Source: Bongovirus reindeer
Taxonomy: Duplodnaviria; Heunggongvirae; Uroviricota; Caudoviricetes; Vilmaviridae
Direction: 5' to 3' (one strand)
DNA length: 64,000 nt
Virus record (IMG/VR): IMGVR_UViG_2974717242_000001
Span: 18,357 to 82,356 of that record
The notes beneath the pieces were generated by a model. That model made no database searches. It worked only from the letters and a program-made list of their open reading frames with translations, and was not told the origin of the DNA. Positions 10,233 through 19,636 of the stretch are shown here, piece after piece (the stretch's first letter is position 1; each line of letters opens with the position of its first letter). The position numbers and the translations under genes were made by a program.

Positions 10233-10595
10233 ATGTCTGAATATCAGGCGGCGCATCGACGGGCGTGCGCGTCGGCTATCACCGCACTCGGCAATCGTAT
10301 TGCACTCTACTCGGGTAGTACTCGCGTGGGCACTGTGTATGCGGACACGACGTGGGGTGAGGCGGCTGACATCAATGAGGGCGGTGTCGACAAGGCGCAG
10401 GTGACTGGTTCGCAGGTCACTATCACAATCCCGGCTGGCACGGTGTCGAACGGCACCACGATTGACCGCTACGGGATCCTCAACGGCTCAACGCTTTTGC
10501 GTACTGAGATTCTGCCGGTGTCGCTGGTGGTGAATGACGGCGGCCAGGAGGCGCAGGTTCAGGTGACGCCTCGCTTCAAGTACCGGGGCGAGTGA
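10233..10595 (+). CDS. hypothetical protein
   Basis: RBS AGGAGA 4 nt before ATG 10233, 120 aa. Confidence 0.55.
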   Translation: MSEYQAAHRRACASAITALGNRIALYSGSTRVGTVYADTTWGEAADINEGGVDKAQVTGSQVTITIPAGTVSNGTTIDRYGILNGSTLLRTEILPVSLVVNDGGQEAQVQVTPRFKYRGE

Positions 10596-10604
10596 GGTCG
10601 CGTT

Positions 10605-10925
10605 GTGGTTGATGTAGCGATGGTGGCCACCGTGGTCGGCGCTTTGGCGACTGGCGGTGTGCTCACTGCGGTGTGGAATTCGGTGTTCCCTCCGCGTCGT
10701 GACCGGACTTCTGAGGCTGAGGCGATCCAGCAGTTGGGTGCTGATATTCGCCGGGAGATCCGTGAGGAGAACGAGGCGTTGCGCCTGCGCATGGATGTGG
10801 TCGTGAACGCGGTGATCAGCCTGACCGATCTGCTGGACGACTTGTTCCCGAAGATCACTGGACTGTCCGAGGAAGAGCGAATTGCTCTGCGGCACAAGAT
10901 TAATCTCGCCAAGCGGGCGACGTGA
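10605..10925 (+). CDS. membrane protein (N-terminal TM helix)
   Basis: GTG start. Hydrophobic N-terminus VAMVATVVGALATGGVLTAVW followed by a charged coiled segment. Confidence 0.5.
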   Translation: MVDVAMVATVVGALATGGVLTAVWNSVFPPRRDRTSEAEAIQQLGADIRREIREENEALRLRMDVVVNAVISLTDLLDDLFPKITGLSEEERIALRHKINLAKRAT

Positions 10926-10947
10926 CGTACAATTGAGAGAGGACTAG

Positions 10948-11946
10948 ATGGCTAGTTTTACGCCTATCGTCCCCGTTCGTAGCAACCGGCCTCTTGAGCT
11001 GCAGCGCGGCAACCCACTGCGCTATCGCTACACCCTCCCTGGCAACAAGACGTTCCCTGTGGGCACGTCGGCTGTTCTGACGGTGTCGAACACCTATGGG
11101 CAGGTTGTGGGCGGCTTCATTGGGACTGTCGCGGGCAAGACGATTGAGTTCGTTGAGGGCACCGACATTTCCGACATGTTGGCCCGCACGGACACGTGGA
11201 CTTTGTCTGTGACGTATCCCGGCGAGACGATGCCGACGATGCTGGAGCAGGGCCAGATCATCCGCATTGAGGCTCCGTTCCCCGATGCTCCTGCGCAGTC
11301 TCCGGAGTTCGAGGGTGTGGCGTACGAGTACCACTTCGGCACTCCTGGCTTCGTGAAGGATCCGGCGTGGCGGATCATGAATGGTCATCCGCGCGTGTAC
11401 GACAACTCGTTCCGGAATCTGCCGAACGCGGTGTCGAGTGGTTCGCTGTTTGGTGGTGACCTGACTGCGTTCGATGACGTGTGCATGGTGTGGTTCGCGC
11501 CGCTGCGGACTGACATTGTTCGGTTGACGTACAACACGATTCGTCCGATTGACAATTCGAACGGCGAAGTGTGGGCGATGATCTGCTCGAACTACGACGC
11601 CACGAACTGGGCTGGCTTCCACCACAAGCAGGTGTTCGGTGTGGGCTCGTGGGACGCCGACCAGATCTCTGTCGTGACCGGCTCGGGCCCAACCACTTTC
11701 GTGACTCGCGCCACGCAGTCGTATGACACTGTGAACAACCAGGCGTACACCGCCGAGTACAACCCCATCAGCAACACCTATTCGCTGTACGTGGGTACTT
11801 CCCACGATCCGTTGATCTCGTGGACGGACGAGACGAACGTGGTGAACCACGGCGAGGGTGAGCGCTATGTCGGCTTCGGCTTCAAGTCGGCCCTTCTGTA
11901 TGCGGGTGTGCAGGTTTCGGACTGGTACATCGCCAATACCCCGTAA
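10948..11946 (+). CDS. minor tail protein
   Basis: 332 aa, RBS GAGAGAGGA, last gene before lysis cassette. Confidence 0.6.
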   Translation: MASFTPIVPVRSNRPLELQRGNPLRYRYTLPGNKTFPVGTSAVLTVSNTYGQVVGGFIGTVAGKTIEFVEGTDISDMLARTDTWTLSVTYPGETMPTMLEQGQIIRIEAPFPDAPAQSPEFEGVAYEYHFGTPGFVKDPAWRIMNGHPRVYDNSFRNLPNAVSSGSLFGGDLTAFDDVCMVWFAPLRTDIVRLTYNTIRPIDNSNGEVWAMICSNYDATNWAGFHHKQVFGVGSWDADQISVVTGSGPTTFVTRATQSYDTVNNQAYTAEYNPISNTYSLYVGTSHDPLISWTDETNVVNHGEGERYVGFGFKSALLYAGVQVSDWYIANTP

Positions 11947-11954
11947 GGATTCCC

Positions 11955-13322
11955 ATGCCTCTAATGACCCCTGAGCAGATCGCCGCCACCATCATCAAGG
12001 TTGGCAACGACATGGGTGTCTCGCCGAAGGGCCAGAAGATGGCCATCGCGTGCGTCAAGGTCGAGTCTGGTTTTCTGATGTGGGCGAACGCGAAGAGCGC
12101 TCTGTCGCTTCAGTTTCCGCATGACAAGGTTGGTAATGACGGCTATTCGGAGGGCTACTACCAGCAGCAGCCCCCTTGGTGGGGTGGGTCTGACTATGAG
12201 GGCACTCGCAAGCGTATGGACTTGGTGGAGTCGACCCGCATGTTCTTCGACTCGCTGGTGAAGCAGCGGATCGGGAATCAGGACTACAACACTGACGCGA
12301 CCACTCCCGGTTTGTGGGTGTACATGGTGCAGCAGTGTGACCCGAAGTACAAGGGCCGCTACGACGAGGCGTATCCGGAAGCTGTTGCCCTGCATGCGAA
12401 GGTGTCGTCGGGTGGAACTGTTTCTGCCCCGTCTGCGCCGTACCCTGAGCACAACATCATCGACGGTGAGAACGCTTCGAATCGTCGCGGCCACCGGCCA
12501 CGCTTGATTGTCCTCCACACAGAGGAGGGCAACATGCTGGGGCAGGCGCTCGATGACTGGATGGACAACAACGAGGTGTCCTACCACTACGCCGTCGACC
12601 CTGACGGCACTGGCTGGGATTTGGTGGACACGGATCTGTCGAGTTGGTCTGTGCTGGATGCGAACCCTGACTGCATCAACCTGGTGTTCGCTGGTTCGTT
12701 TGCGTCGCAGTCTCGTGACGTGTGGCTGACGAAGTTTGGCCCCGCCATCAAGATGGCGGCGTTCCTCGTCGCCCAGGACTGCCACAAGTACGGCATCCCA
12801 CCTGTTGTGCGCGTGGGCAATGCGGCTTCCGGCTATCCGAGCTTGAAGACCGAGGACGGCGTCACCGACCACTACGGCATCACTAAGGGGTTGGGTATCG
12901 GCACCCACACGGATGTGGGGCCGAACTTCCCGTGGGACGTATTCAACACCTACCTGCAGAAGTTTTATGCGGGTGCTACCGAAGAGGACGACATGTTCAC
13001 TGATTCTGACCGTGCGCTGCTGCAGCGTGTTCATTTCGAGCTGACGAACCGTTGGGAGTCGCGCTCCATTTACCGGGAGCCTAGTGAGGGCCCTGTCGAC
13101 ACTCTGGTGGGCATGCTGCTCAATGACGACGGCATGGAGCATGCGGAGCTGGTGGAGCGTCTGGCTGTGCTGGGTGATGCGGATTCGATTCGCCGTGTTC
13201 GCCGGACGGCTGCCGGTAAGGGCGCGGTGACCGACGAGGCGACCATTGAACGTGCCGGGAAGGTGATGGCACAGATCCCAGAGGACGTACTCAAGGAGTA
13301 CATGGAGGAGGTCGGAGAATGA
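11955..13322 (+). CDS. lysA: lysin A (endolysin, amidase_2/PGRP domain)
   Basis: 455 aa. Central motif HYAVDPDGTGWDLVDTDLSSWSVLDANPDCINLVFAG typical of N-acetylmuramoyl-L-alanine amidase. Position upstream of lysin B. Confidence 0.8.
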   Translation: MPLMTPEQIAATIIKVGNDMGVSPKGQKMAIACVKVESGFLMWANAKSALSLQFPHDKVGNDGYSEGYYQQQPPWWGGSDYEGTRKRMDLVESTRMFFDSLVKQRIGNQDYNTDATTPGLWVYMVQQCDPKYKGRYDEAYPEAVALHAKVSSGGTVSAPSAPYPEHNIIDGENASNRRGHRPRLIVLHTEEGNMLGQALDDWMDNNEVSYHYAVDPDGTGWDLVDTDLSSWSVLDANPDCINLVFAGSFASQSRDVWLTKFGPAIKMAAFLVAQDCHKYGIPPVVRVGNAASGYPSLKTEDGVTDHYGITKGLGIGTHTDVGPNFPWDVFNTYLQKFYAGATEEDDMFTDSDRALLQRVHFELTNRWESRSIYREPSEGPVDTLVGMLLNDDGMEHAELVERLAVLGDADSIRRVRRTAAGKGAVTDEATIERAGKVMAQIPEDVLKEYMEEVGE

Positions 13323-13510
13323 GCAAGCTTGTGGATTTGATTGTGGCGGCGCTGTTTCCACTGCTGTGGAAGGAGCTGGAGCCGCTGGTTCGGGATGTGC
13401 TGTCCCAGAAGTTGGACGCGTTGATCCCTGACCAGATCGACAAGCAGCTGCCGAAGTTGATTGAGGAGACGCTGAAGAGCGGCTTCAACCTACTGGGGTT
13501 GCTGAAGTGA
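13319..13510 (+). CDS. small lysis-cassette protein
   Basis: ATGA overlap with lysA stop, 63 aa, one hydrophobic segment. Confidence 0.45.
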   Translation: MSKLVDLIVAALFPLLWKELEPLVRDVLSQKLDALIPDQIDKQLPKLIEETLKSGFNLLGLLK

Positions 13511-13833
13511 AGGTAGCTGAGGTCAAGAAGGCCATCACCGCTGGGGCTACTGCTCTGGCGGGTATGGAGGGCCTGGCTGCGATGTTGGAGGGTGCGTCGT
13601 CGCATCCGTGGGTTCATGCTGCAGCTGTTGGGTTTTCGCTCGTTGTGAGTGGCGCTACGTGGCTGCTGCGGAACAAGGCGACGGTGGATCAGGTGCTCGA
13701 CGCGTTCGAGTCGGATCCGGAGGTCGCGCAGGCTGTGATCGAGCGGGCGACTGATGACCCGTACGCGGCCGAGAAGGCAGTTGAGAAGCATCCGACGCTG
13801 GCGGAGGTTTTGATCGCCAGCTACAAGGACTGA
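13507..13833 (+). CDS. holin-like membrane protein
   Basis: GTGA overlap, 108 aa, hydrophobic helices (AAAVGFSLVVSGATWLL). Located between lysin A and lysin B. Confidence 0.5.
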   Translation: MKVAEVKKAITAGATALAGMEGLAAMLEGASSHPWVHAAAVGFSLVVSGATWLLRNKATVDQVLDAFESDPEVAQAVIERATDDPYAAEKAVEKHPTLAEVLIASYKD

Positions 13834-13904
13834 CAACTACGAATTAGGAACGGGCTCGCCCACTTTCGGGCGGGTCCGTTTCTTCTGCCTTGAGGAGGCA
13901 ATGG

Positions 13905-14876
13905 ATGTGGATTGGTTGGCAGGAGGGCATGTCCGGCCTGCCTGTGTTGGCGGCGAAGGGTGAGCTGCGGGCGAAGTTCTCCTATGGCAAGGGCTTGGAT
14001 CTGACCGAGGAGTTCGGGCCTGATCTGACCGAGGCGTTGAAGACGTTCCAGCGCAACAAGGGTGGCCTGCGCACGGACGGTGTGTTGGATTACGCGACCC
14101 AGAAGGCGTTGGGCGTTCTGGAGGCGTTGAAGCCGTGGGTGTTCACGGTGGCCGGTACGGGCGCTGGCTGGGATGCGGGTTATCCGGCTGATGTTGCCCG
14201 CCAGGTGTTGGATCTGTACCGCTGGCAGGGTGTGAGCTATCCGGCGCAGGCGTTCCCGATGGGCAGGTCTGTCGATGCGGGTGTTGCTGAGTTGCAGAGG
14301 CTTCTGCGTGAGCGGCTTGACCGTTATCCGGCCGCGCGGTTTGTGCTGATCGGCTATTCGCAGGGCGCGATTGTGACCTCGATGGTGTGGGAGAAGTTCA
14401 TCAAGGGTTCCGACCTTGAGGGACGCATTATCGGTTCGATCACGTTCGGCAACCCGTGCCGCGAACTTAATGTGGCGAATGGCAATGTGGCAGAGGGTGT
14501 TTCGGTGCCTGAGGGTCGCGGCATTTCCGACTTCCGTCTGCGTTCAACGCCTTCGTGGTGGTATGATTTTGCACACGGGGCTAACTCCCGGTTCGGCCGT
14601 GACATCTACACGGACACACCAGATGATGACACTGGCGAGATGATGACCGCCATTTATCGTCTGGTTCAAGATCTGAAGAACATCTTTGTCGGCACCGATT
14701 CGCTCGTTGAGCAGGTGGGGGAGATGTTCCGGCGTCCTATCCCTGAGGTGGGCGCAGCGATGTGGGCGATTTTCCTGGGTGGGCAGTTTGTTGCTACTCG
14801 CCCGTATCCGACTATGCCGCACATCACTTATGACATCAATCCAGCTGTGGCGATCCTGCGTCGGATCGCTGCGTGA
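13905..14876 (+). CDS. lysB: lysin B (mycolylarabinogalactan esterase, cutinase-like)
   Basis: GAGGAGG RBS 6 nt before ATG 13905. PG-binding-like N-terminus and GYSQGA serine esterase motif. Confidence 0.8.
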   Translation: MWIGWQEGMSGLPVLAAKGELRAKFSYGKGLDLTEEFGPDLTEALKTFQRNKGGLRTDGVLDYATQKALGVLEALKPWVFTVAGTGAGWDAGYPADVARQVLDLYRWQGVSYPAQAFPMGRSVDAGVAELQRLLRERLDRYPAARFVLIGYSQGAIVTSMVWEKFIKGSDLEGRIIGSITFGNPCRELNVANGNVAEGVSVPEGRGISDFRLRSTPSWWYDFAHGANSRFGRDIYTDTPDDDTGEMMTAIYRLVQDLKNIFVGTDSLVEQVGEMFRRPIPEVGAAMWAIFLGGQFVATRPYPTMPHITYDINPAVAILRRIAA

Positions 14877-15151
14877 GTGAACGGAGCGTTTTGAACATCA
14901 CCGTCTATACAACCGGGCCCGCTTGCCACAAGTGCAATCTGACGAAGCGGGCCTTGGATAAGGCTGGGGTGGCGTACACGGAGGTTCGTCTCGACCAGGA
15001 TCCGGAGCAGGCTGATCTGCTTCGCGCTCAGGGGTATGGGATGGCTCCTGTGGTGAGTGTGCAGCATGACGATGGGGCGCGTGAGAAGTGGGGCGACTTC
15101 CGCATCGACTATCTCAATGCTCTCACTAAGCGGTACGCTACTGCCGCCTGA
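14873..15151 (+). CDS. nrdH: NrdH-like glutaredoxin
   Basis: GTG start overlapping lysB stop, 92 aa. CHKC redox motif near N-terminus (VYTTGPACHKC). Confidence 0.7.
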   Translation: MSERSVLNITVYTTGPACHKCNLTKRALDKAGVAYTEVRLDQDPEQADLLRAQGYGMAPVVSVQHDDGAREKWGDFRIDYLNALTKRYATAA

Positions 15152-15164
15152 TTGCCCTCAGGAA

Positions 15165-15206
15165 CGACGAAACCCCCACACCCGTATGGATGTGGGGGTT
15201 TCGTCG
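15165..15206. terminator. bidirectional intrinsic terminator
   Basis: Perfect 16-bp inverted repeat CGACGAAACCCCCACA / TGTGGGGGTTTCGTCG with 10-nt loop between convergent blocks. Confidence 0.65.
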
Positions 15207-15362
15207 CTTCAGGGGCTCTGATGGCCCGTCTCGTGGGTGTTGATGATCGCGTCGATGGCCCCGATGCGTTCCGACTCTGCGGCGTGTACACGGGCGAACT
15301 CGGGGTTACTGCTCTCACATTCGAGCAGTGTGTTGAACACGTCGTTCATGGCCATCTTCTCG

Positions 15363-15716
15363 TCAGAACGGTGCTTGGCTGGGCATGTGCAGCAGCACCA
15401 AGTCGCTATTCCGATGCCGCTGCTTAACGTCGCGCAGCGTCTTGTGCACGCTGCCCGAGAAGTCCTCGTAGATCGTCGCCCAGCAAGGGCCATCGAATCC
15501 CGGCGAACCTGGGTAGCGGTCGCTATTCTGGATCGAATCCAGCTTGTAGACGATGAACGGATATACGCCATCCGACCGGAAAACCGTACCGACCGGGTAC
15601 TCCTCATCGGCCGCGTCACGAGCCTTGATCTCCGCCTTGATCTGGTCGACGGCAGCGGTGGCGGCGTCGAGGCGCTGCTCAGCCAGTTCCAGTTCCTGCT
15701 CCAGTGTTTGGGCCAT
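15363..15716 (-). CDS. hypothetical protein
   Basis: 117 aa, RBS GAAGGGA, coiled-coil N-terminus. Last gene of leftward block before terminator. Confidence 0.6.
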   Translation of the reverse strand: MAQTLEQELELAEQRLDAATAAVDQIKAEIKARDAADEEYPVGTVFRSDGVYPFIVYKLDSIQNSDRYPGSPGFDGPCWATIYEDFSGSVHKTLRDVKQRHRNSDLVLLHMPSQAPF

Positions 15717-15728
15717 GTGGTTTCCCTT

Positions 15729-16073
15729 CTAGTCGCGTAGAAAAATCTCAGCGAAGTTCGATGACTTCGGGTGAATGGAGATCGCTGCGCCTCCCTGGAT
15801 TTGGAGGACACCCTGGCGGAACGCCACCCCGATCTCGTCGAAGGTGTGCTTCGACGGCTCACCGGTGGTGGAGAAGTACACCGTCTGGTAGCCGAGGTCG
15901 GCCGGGATGTAGATCCTGTTGTCCCAGTCGCCGTACCAGATCGGGCTCGGCTCAACGGTTTGAAGATGCTCAGCGAGCCTGTCTTCGGCGCGGTCGGCGC
16001 GGCGACGCTCCTCGGCCAGAAGCTGCTGGGCCCATTTCGGCAGGTTTCCCTCGCGGGGATCTTTTCGGCTCAT
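15729..16073 (-). CDS. hypothetical protein
   Basis: Start at MSRKD with RBS GGGAGGA. Track ORF extends to 16091 with an alternative start. Confidence 0.6.
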   Translation of the reverse strand: MSRKDPREGNLPKWAQQLLAEERRRADRAEDRLAEHLQTVEPSPIWYGDWDNRIYIPADLGYQTVYFSTTGEPSKHTFDEIGVAFRQGVLQIQGGAAISIHPKSSNFAEIFLRD

Positions 16074-16219
16074 AGCGTTTCGTCCTCCCAAAACTCGCGA
16101 AGCAAGGCCTCAGCATGGGCCCGCCCCGCTGCACTCCAAGCGATGTAGGTGATGCCGGTGACCTCATCGATGTACCGCACGGTGTACCGGCCGCGCACCC
16201 ACCCTTCGTAGAAGGTCAC
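16070..16219 (-). CDS. small hypothetical protein (49 aa, below track length cutoff)
   Basis: GTGA overlap with upstream gene stop and ATGA overlap with downstream gene start. Translation VTFYEGWVRGRYTVRYIDEVTGITYIAWSAAGRAHAEALLREFWEDETL. Confidence 0.4.
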   Translation of the reverse strand: MTFYEGWVRGRYTVRYIDEVTGITYIAWSAAGRAHAEALLREFWEDETL

Positions 16220-16863
16220 AGCGCTGCTTCCAGGTCGCGCAGCAGATTGATCCGCGCCACCAGCTCGTCGGCGGTGAACTCGCGGTACAGGCCGTCCAGT
16301 GACGGCGGCTCGTCATCTTTCGTGAACGTGTACGTCGGCTCACTGAGCGGCACCACATCCTCATGCTGGGCGAGAACGATGCAGGTTTCGCGCGCACCGA
16401 CCGAGATGGTGTGCAGCTCTTCTGCGTCCATCCAGTACGTCGCCCCCGGCCATGCCAGCGTCTCCGTGCGGTGCTGCACCAGCAACGTTGAATCGCCGAC
16501 AGGCTGGAAGCCACGGCCACCGTTGAGTGGCGTTCTCCACTCAAAGATGTTGTACCAGTCGGCATTGCCCACCCCGAGATCTCCGAACCTATTGGGGTCG
16601 GCGTAGCGGTACCACTTGTTGCTGATGACGCCCGACATCAGCTGCGTCTCGAAGTTGTAGCGGTGATCGTGAGGGTTGATCACCTCACCGAGACGCTGCG
16701 ACTCCATGCCATCGGCGAAGAAGTACGCCTTCAGTGTCAGCTCGTCACTGCGATGCAGACACACATAGTCCAGGCCCTTGGCGTGGAAGTCCTTGAACGA
16801 GTGGGGAAGCAGGGCATCGATGTCCAGCTTGTCCCACTGCACATCGGCGAGCAGGCTGGTCAT
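16216..16863 (-). CDS. hypothetical protein
   Basis: 215 aa, ATGA overlap with upstream lipoprotein gene. Confidence 0.65.
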   Translation of the reverse strand: MTSLLADVQWDKLDIDALLPHSFKDFHAKGLDYVCLHRSDELTLKAYFFADGMESQRLGEVINPHDHRYNFETQLMSGVISNKWYRYADPNRFGDLGVGNADWYNIFEWRTPLNGGRGFQPVGDSTLLVQHRTETLAWPGATYWMDAEELHTISVGARETCIVLAQHEDVVPLSEPTYTFTKDDEPPSLDGLYREFTADELVARINLLRDLEAAL

Positions 16864-17078
16864 CCGAGCGGCACCCCAAATCCGACACCGCCTGTCGCCG
16901 GGTTCAGGTAGAGACCGCCACCCATGTCGATCCCGAGGCCGGGGCCCTTTGGTCCGAGGACCACACCCACCCCGCCTGGGGGTGGCGGCGTGTACGTGGG
17001 GTCAGACTCGACTGGGTCGCACGCCGTGAGCACCACAACGCCCAGCAGAGCTACACCAGCAGCAAGCAACTTGGTCAT
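16860..17078 (-). CDS. putative secreted lipoprotein
   Basis: Signal peptide MTKLLAAGVALLGVVVLTAC with lipobox LTAC, Gly/Pro-rich mature part, 72 aa. Confidence 0.6.
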   Translation of the reverse strand: MTKLLAAGVALLGVVVLTACDPVESDPTYTPPPPGGVGVVLGPKGPGLGIDMGGGLYLNPATGGVGFGVPLG

Positions 17079-17389
17079 TCAGGAACCTTCGTCAGTCGAA
17101 TGTAGCTCTTGATGGTGTTGAACCGGCCGAGGCAGAGGGCACAGCCGATCCCGCCCGTTTCATTCACCTTGGACAGCCAGACGGCGTAGAGCTTCAGCGC
17201 ATTCTCCCAGTGGTTCTTGCACAGCCACCCCTGCACGCAGGTGTGGAACTCCTGGTAGCCCGCGATTGGGCCGCCGCAAGGCATGTCTTCCTTGCGATGA
17301 CTGCAGCAGTCCAGTTCATCGAACGCACCGTTGATCATCGACTCGATGTCCGAGTCGACCTCCACGTCATTCAGCGTTGCCGTCGCCAT
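17075..17389 (-). CDS. cysteine-rich hypothetical protein
   Basis: 104 aa with 9 Cys (DCCSH, CGG, CVQGWLC, CALC). RBS AAGGAAG. Confidence 0.6.
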   Translation of the reverse strand: MATATLNDVEVDSDIESMINGAFDELDCCSHRKEDMPCGGPIAGYQEFHTCVQGWLCKNHWENALKLYAVWLSKVNETGGIGCALCLGRFNTIKSYIRLTKVPE

Positions 17390-17663
17390 CGTCTTCCTTA
17401 CCCGCGTAGTGATGCTGGAACGACTCGTCGGACATCACGAACCAGCCGTCAACCGGATCGTCAACGATCCAGTCGCCCTCCTGGGCCCGAAGGACGGTCG
17501 TGGAACCTGGCCGCGAGATCTTGATGTACTGAAACTTGCGAGTCCCGTTGGAGTACACCGCGTGCGCAAACGGAACAGCGTCCGCCACCCGCTTGAAGGG
17601 GCGGGCCACCTGAATGGCCCGCACCTCCGTGGGGTTGTGAATGAACTTGGCGAGGCTGCTCAC
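17367..17663 (-). CDS. hypothetical protein
   Basis: GTG start forming GTGA overlap with upstream stop. Track lists longer version to 17708. Confidence 0.5.
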   Translation of the reverse strand: MSSLAKFIHNPTEVRAIQVARPFKRVADAVPFAHAVYSNGTRKFQYIKISRPGSTTVLRAQEGDWIVDDPVDGWFVMSDESFQHHYAGKEDDGDGNAE

Positions 17664-17986
17664 AGCTCGCGGTATTGCGCCCGGTAGACATCGGCGGGCA
17701 TCGACCACGACTCATCCAGGTCGGGGTCGAGAACCACGTAGTCGCCGGGGCGCAGAATGTGGGTGTCCCGGCCAGGCTCATCGACGGCCATGTACGCCAG
17801 CGAGCCATCCTCGTTGAACTTCGCAACGACGTTCATCGGGACGCCGCGTCGCTCAGCCTCCTGGGCGACGATGTAGGAGACGCCCGCGAAGTTGCGGCCG
17901 GTCACCTTAACACCCAGCGAGTACTTCAGGTCGTAGGGCTGCACCCGTTTGATTCCAGTGCCCTTGATCGCGTTGTTGGTGCTCAT
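17660..17986 (-). CDS. hypothetical protein
   Basis: 108 aa, ATGA overlap with upstream gene. Confidence 0.6.
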   Translation of the reverse strand: MSTNNAIKGTGIKRVQPYDLKYSLGVKVTGRNFAGVSYIVAQEAERRGVPMNVVAKFNEDGSLAYMAVDEPGRDTHILRPGDYVVLDPDLDESWSMPADVYRAQYREL

Positions 17987-18780
17987 AGCATTCCCTTCGT
18001 TTTCCAGTGGTTGTAGTGCATGCCGATCAGCCAGTTGTCCAGCTGCTCGTAGTCGGGATGATCAGGGAGGCAGGAGGCCTCCATCGACTTGCGCAACAAG
18101 TCGGTGCGCCACTCGAGGACGCTGAGCGCCTCCTGCAGGTTGTACTGGCCGTCACGAACCGCCAGTAGGTAGTCGCGGTGATAGTCGAGCATCGGAAGGT
18201 GAATTTCACCCTCCGTCATGAGCTGCTCGCCCTGAATGGCCAGCCGCGTCGCGTGGTACATCATCTTCGTGTCGTAGCCGCACTTCTCCACCAGCTCGGG
18301 ACGGTTCGTGTGCTTGCGGCCACGAAGCCCCTGCGCCCGCTCACGCTGAGCGACAAGGTATCCAATGAACCGGCCCCCGGCCTGCTTCGACAGGAACAAG
18401 TCACGATTGCCGACCAGCTCGGCACCCGAGTCGTTCATGAAGTAGATGTGATGCCGAGGGGCGAACAGCGGTATCAGCACAGTCGGATTGCCTTGCGCGG
18501 CAAGGCGGGCCCACTTCTGCAGGCTGTAGATCACCTGATCAGTGTCGCCGGGGCCCGACCGCACACCCTCAGGGATGCGGGTGCCATCAGCATGCCAACG
18601 GTCCTGATACTGCTCGAACTGCCTGGTGCCGATCACGCACTCCGGAGGGGCGATGCACATGCCCATCTCGTCGTTGTCGTCGGCACCCACAGTCACGCCA
18701 TGCAGACGAGAACCGACCTCAGTCTTGTAGATCAGGTTCTCCTGGGCGATCTTCCGATGCCAGGGGCTGTTGTGGCTCAC
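17983..18780 (-). CDS. Pol-beta superfamily nucleotidyltransferase
   Basis: GS-x9-DDND motif (TEVGSRLHGVTVGADDNDEMG) near N-terminus, 265 aa. Strong RBS AAGGAG before GTG start. Confidence 0.55.
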   Translation of the reverse strand: MSHNSPWHRKIAQENLIYKTEVGSRLHGVTVGADDNDEMGMCIAPPECVIGTRQFEQYQDRWHADGTRIPEGVRSGPGDTDQVIYSLQKWARLAAQGNPTVLIPLFAPRHHIYFMNDSGAELVGNRDLFLSKQAGGRFIGYLVAQRERAQGLRGRKHTNRPELVEKCGYDTKMMYHATRLAIQGEQLMTEGEIHLPMLDYHRDYLLAVRDGQYNLQEALSVLEWRTDLLRKSMEASCLPDHPDYEQLDNWLIGMHYNHWKTKGML

Positions 18781-18858
18781 GGTGCTCCTTGAATGCCGCC
18801 GCCATCGCCACAGAGACGATGAGAAGCGTTATTGTGAGGACGACGAATACTGCTTCGG

Positions 18859-19026
18859 TCACTTCAGTGCCGCGTAGAGAGTTGCGTACACCTGTGCCGC
18901 AAGAACATTCGCGGTCACGCGGGCAATGGCACTCTCGTTGCCGCCCGACTTCGCGAGCTTCTTCTCAGCCTCCTCCAGGAGGAGGAGACTCTTCTCGAGA
19001 AGCTCTTCGGGCTCTGGGGCGGTCAT
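18859..19026 (-). CDS. small hypothetical protein
   Basis: 55 aa from ATG forming ATGA overlap with upstream stop. Track ORF is longer with an upstream alternative start. Confidence 0.45.
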   Translation of the reverse strand: MTAPEPEELLEKSLLLLEEAEKKLAKSGGNESAIARVTANVLAAQVYATLYAALK

Positions 19027-19538
19027 GCGAACTCCGGACTCGGGATGGCGGTGTAGGGGCCGTAGTTGGTGAGCAGGCCTTCGTGGTCGCCGACCAACTC
19101 GAAGTTCGAGGAGCCGATGTGGGTGGTCACCCACCATTGACCGCCATCGAACTTGTAGACATCGCCCTCACGGTCGACCCAGTAGAGGTCGGAGCAGTCG
19201 TCGGTCAGCTTGTCCACCTGATACGGGGAGTCGGCGGCGGCGAGTTCCTCGGCTTCCTCCAGGGAATCCTGGAGATCGTCCCAGTTCTTGGCCTTCTCGA
19301 CCAGACTGGTGAGCACCTGGACCCACTTGGCGGCGTTCTGCCGGTCGATAGCTTCCGCTTCCTCAGCCGTGGTGTACTCATCAACCTCGGTGGGCTGGAA
19401 GGTGGCGAACAGGTTCACGTCCGGCAAGGAGACGTGGATGCAGTAGGGCTTGTCATCTTCTGCGAACGCGCGATACACGCTGACGACGGTGTCGCCGTCG
19501 ATCACGCCTTCGAAGCGTTCCTTGAGGTCCGTGCTCAT
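19023..19538 (-). CDS. hypothetical protein (first gene of leftward block)
   Basis: Start taken at MSTDLKERF. Track ORF extends to 19616 with a TTG start. Confidence 0.5.
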   Translation of the reverse strand: MSTDLKERFEGVIDGDTVVSVYRAFAEDDKPYCIHVSLPDVNLFATFQPTEVDEYTTAEEAEAIDRQNAAKWVQVLTSLVEKAKNWDDLQDSLEEAEELAAADSPYQVDKLTDDCSDLYWVDREGDVYKFDGGQWWVTTHIGSSNFELVGDHEGLLTNYGPYTAIPSPEFA

Positions 19539-19621
19539 GGAAATGAGCTTCGCATCCGCGTGGAAGTGATTACAGGAGAATGTTTTCCGCGATCCAGTAA
19601 CTGTAGTTGGTACCAAATACG

Positions 19622-19636
19622 TTAGGTAGTACCTAA
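19622..19636. promoter_or_regulatory. 15-bp palindrome TTAGGTAGTACCTAA (operator-like) at divergent promoter region
   Basis: Perfect 7-bp half sites. Adjacent second palindrome TTGGTACCAA at 19607-19616. Confidence 0.3.

Noticed and set aside
15209-15955. 248-aa minus-strand ORF
   Set aside because: Arg/Ser-rich junk frame overlapping two better-supported genes and the terminator.
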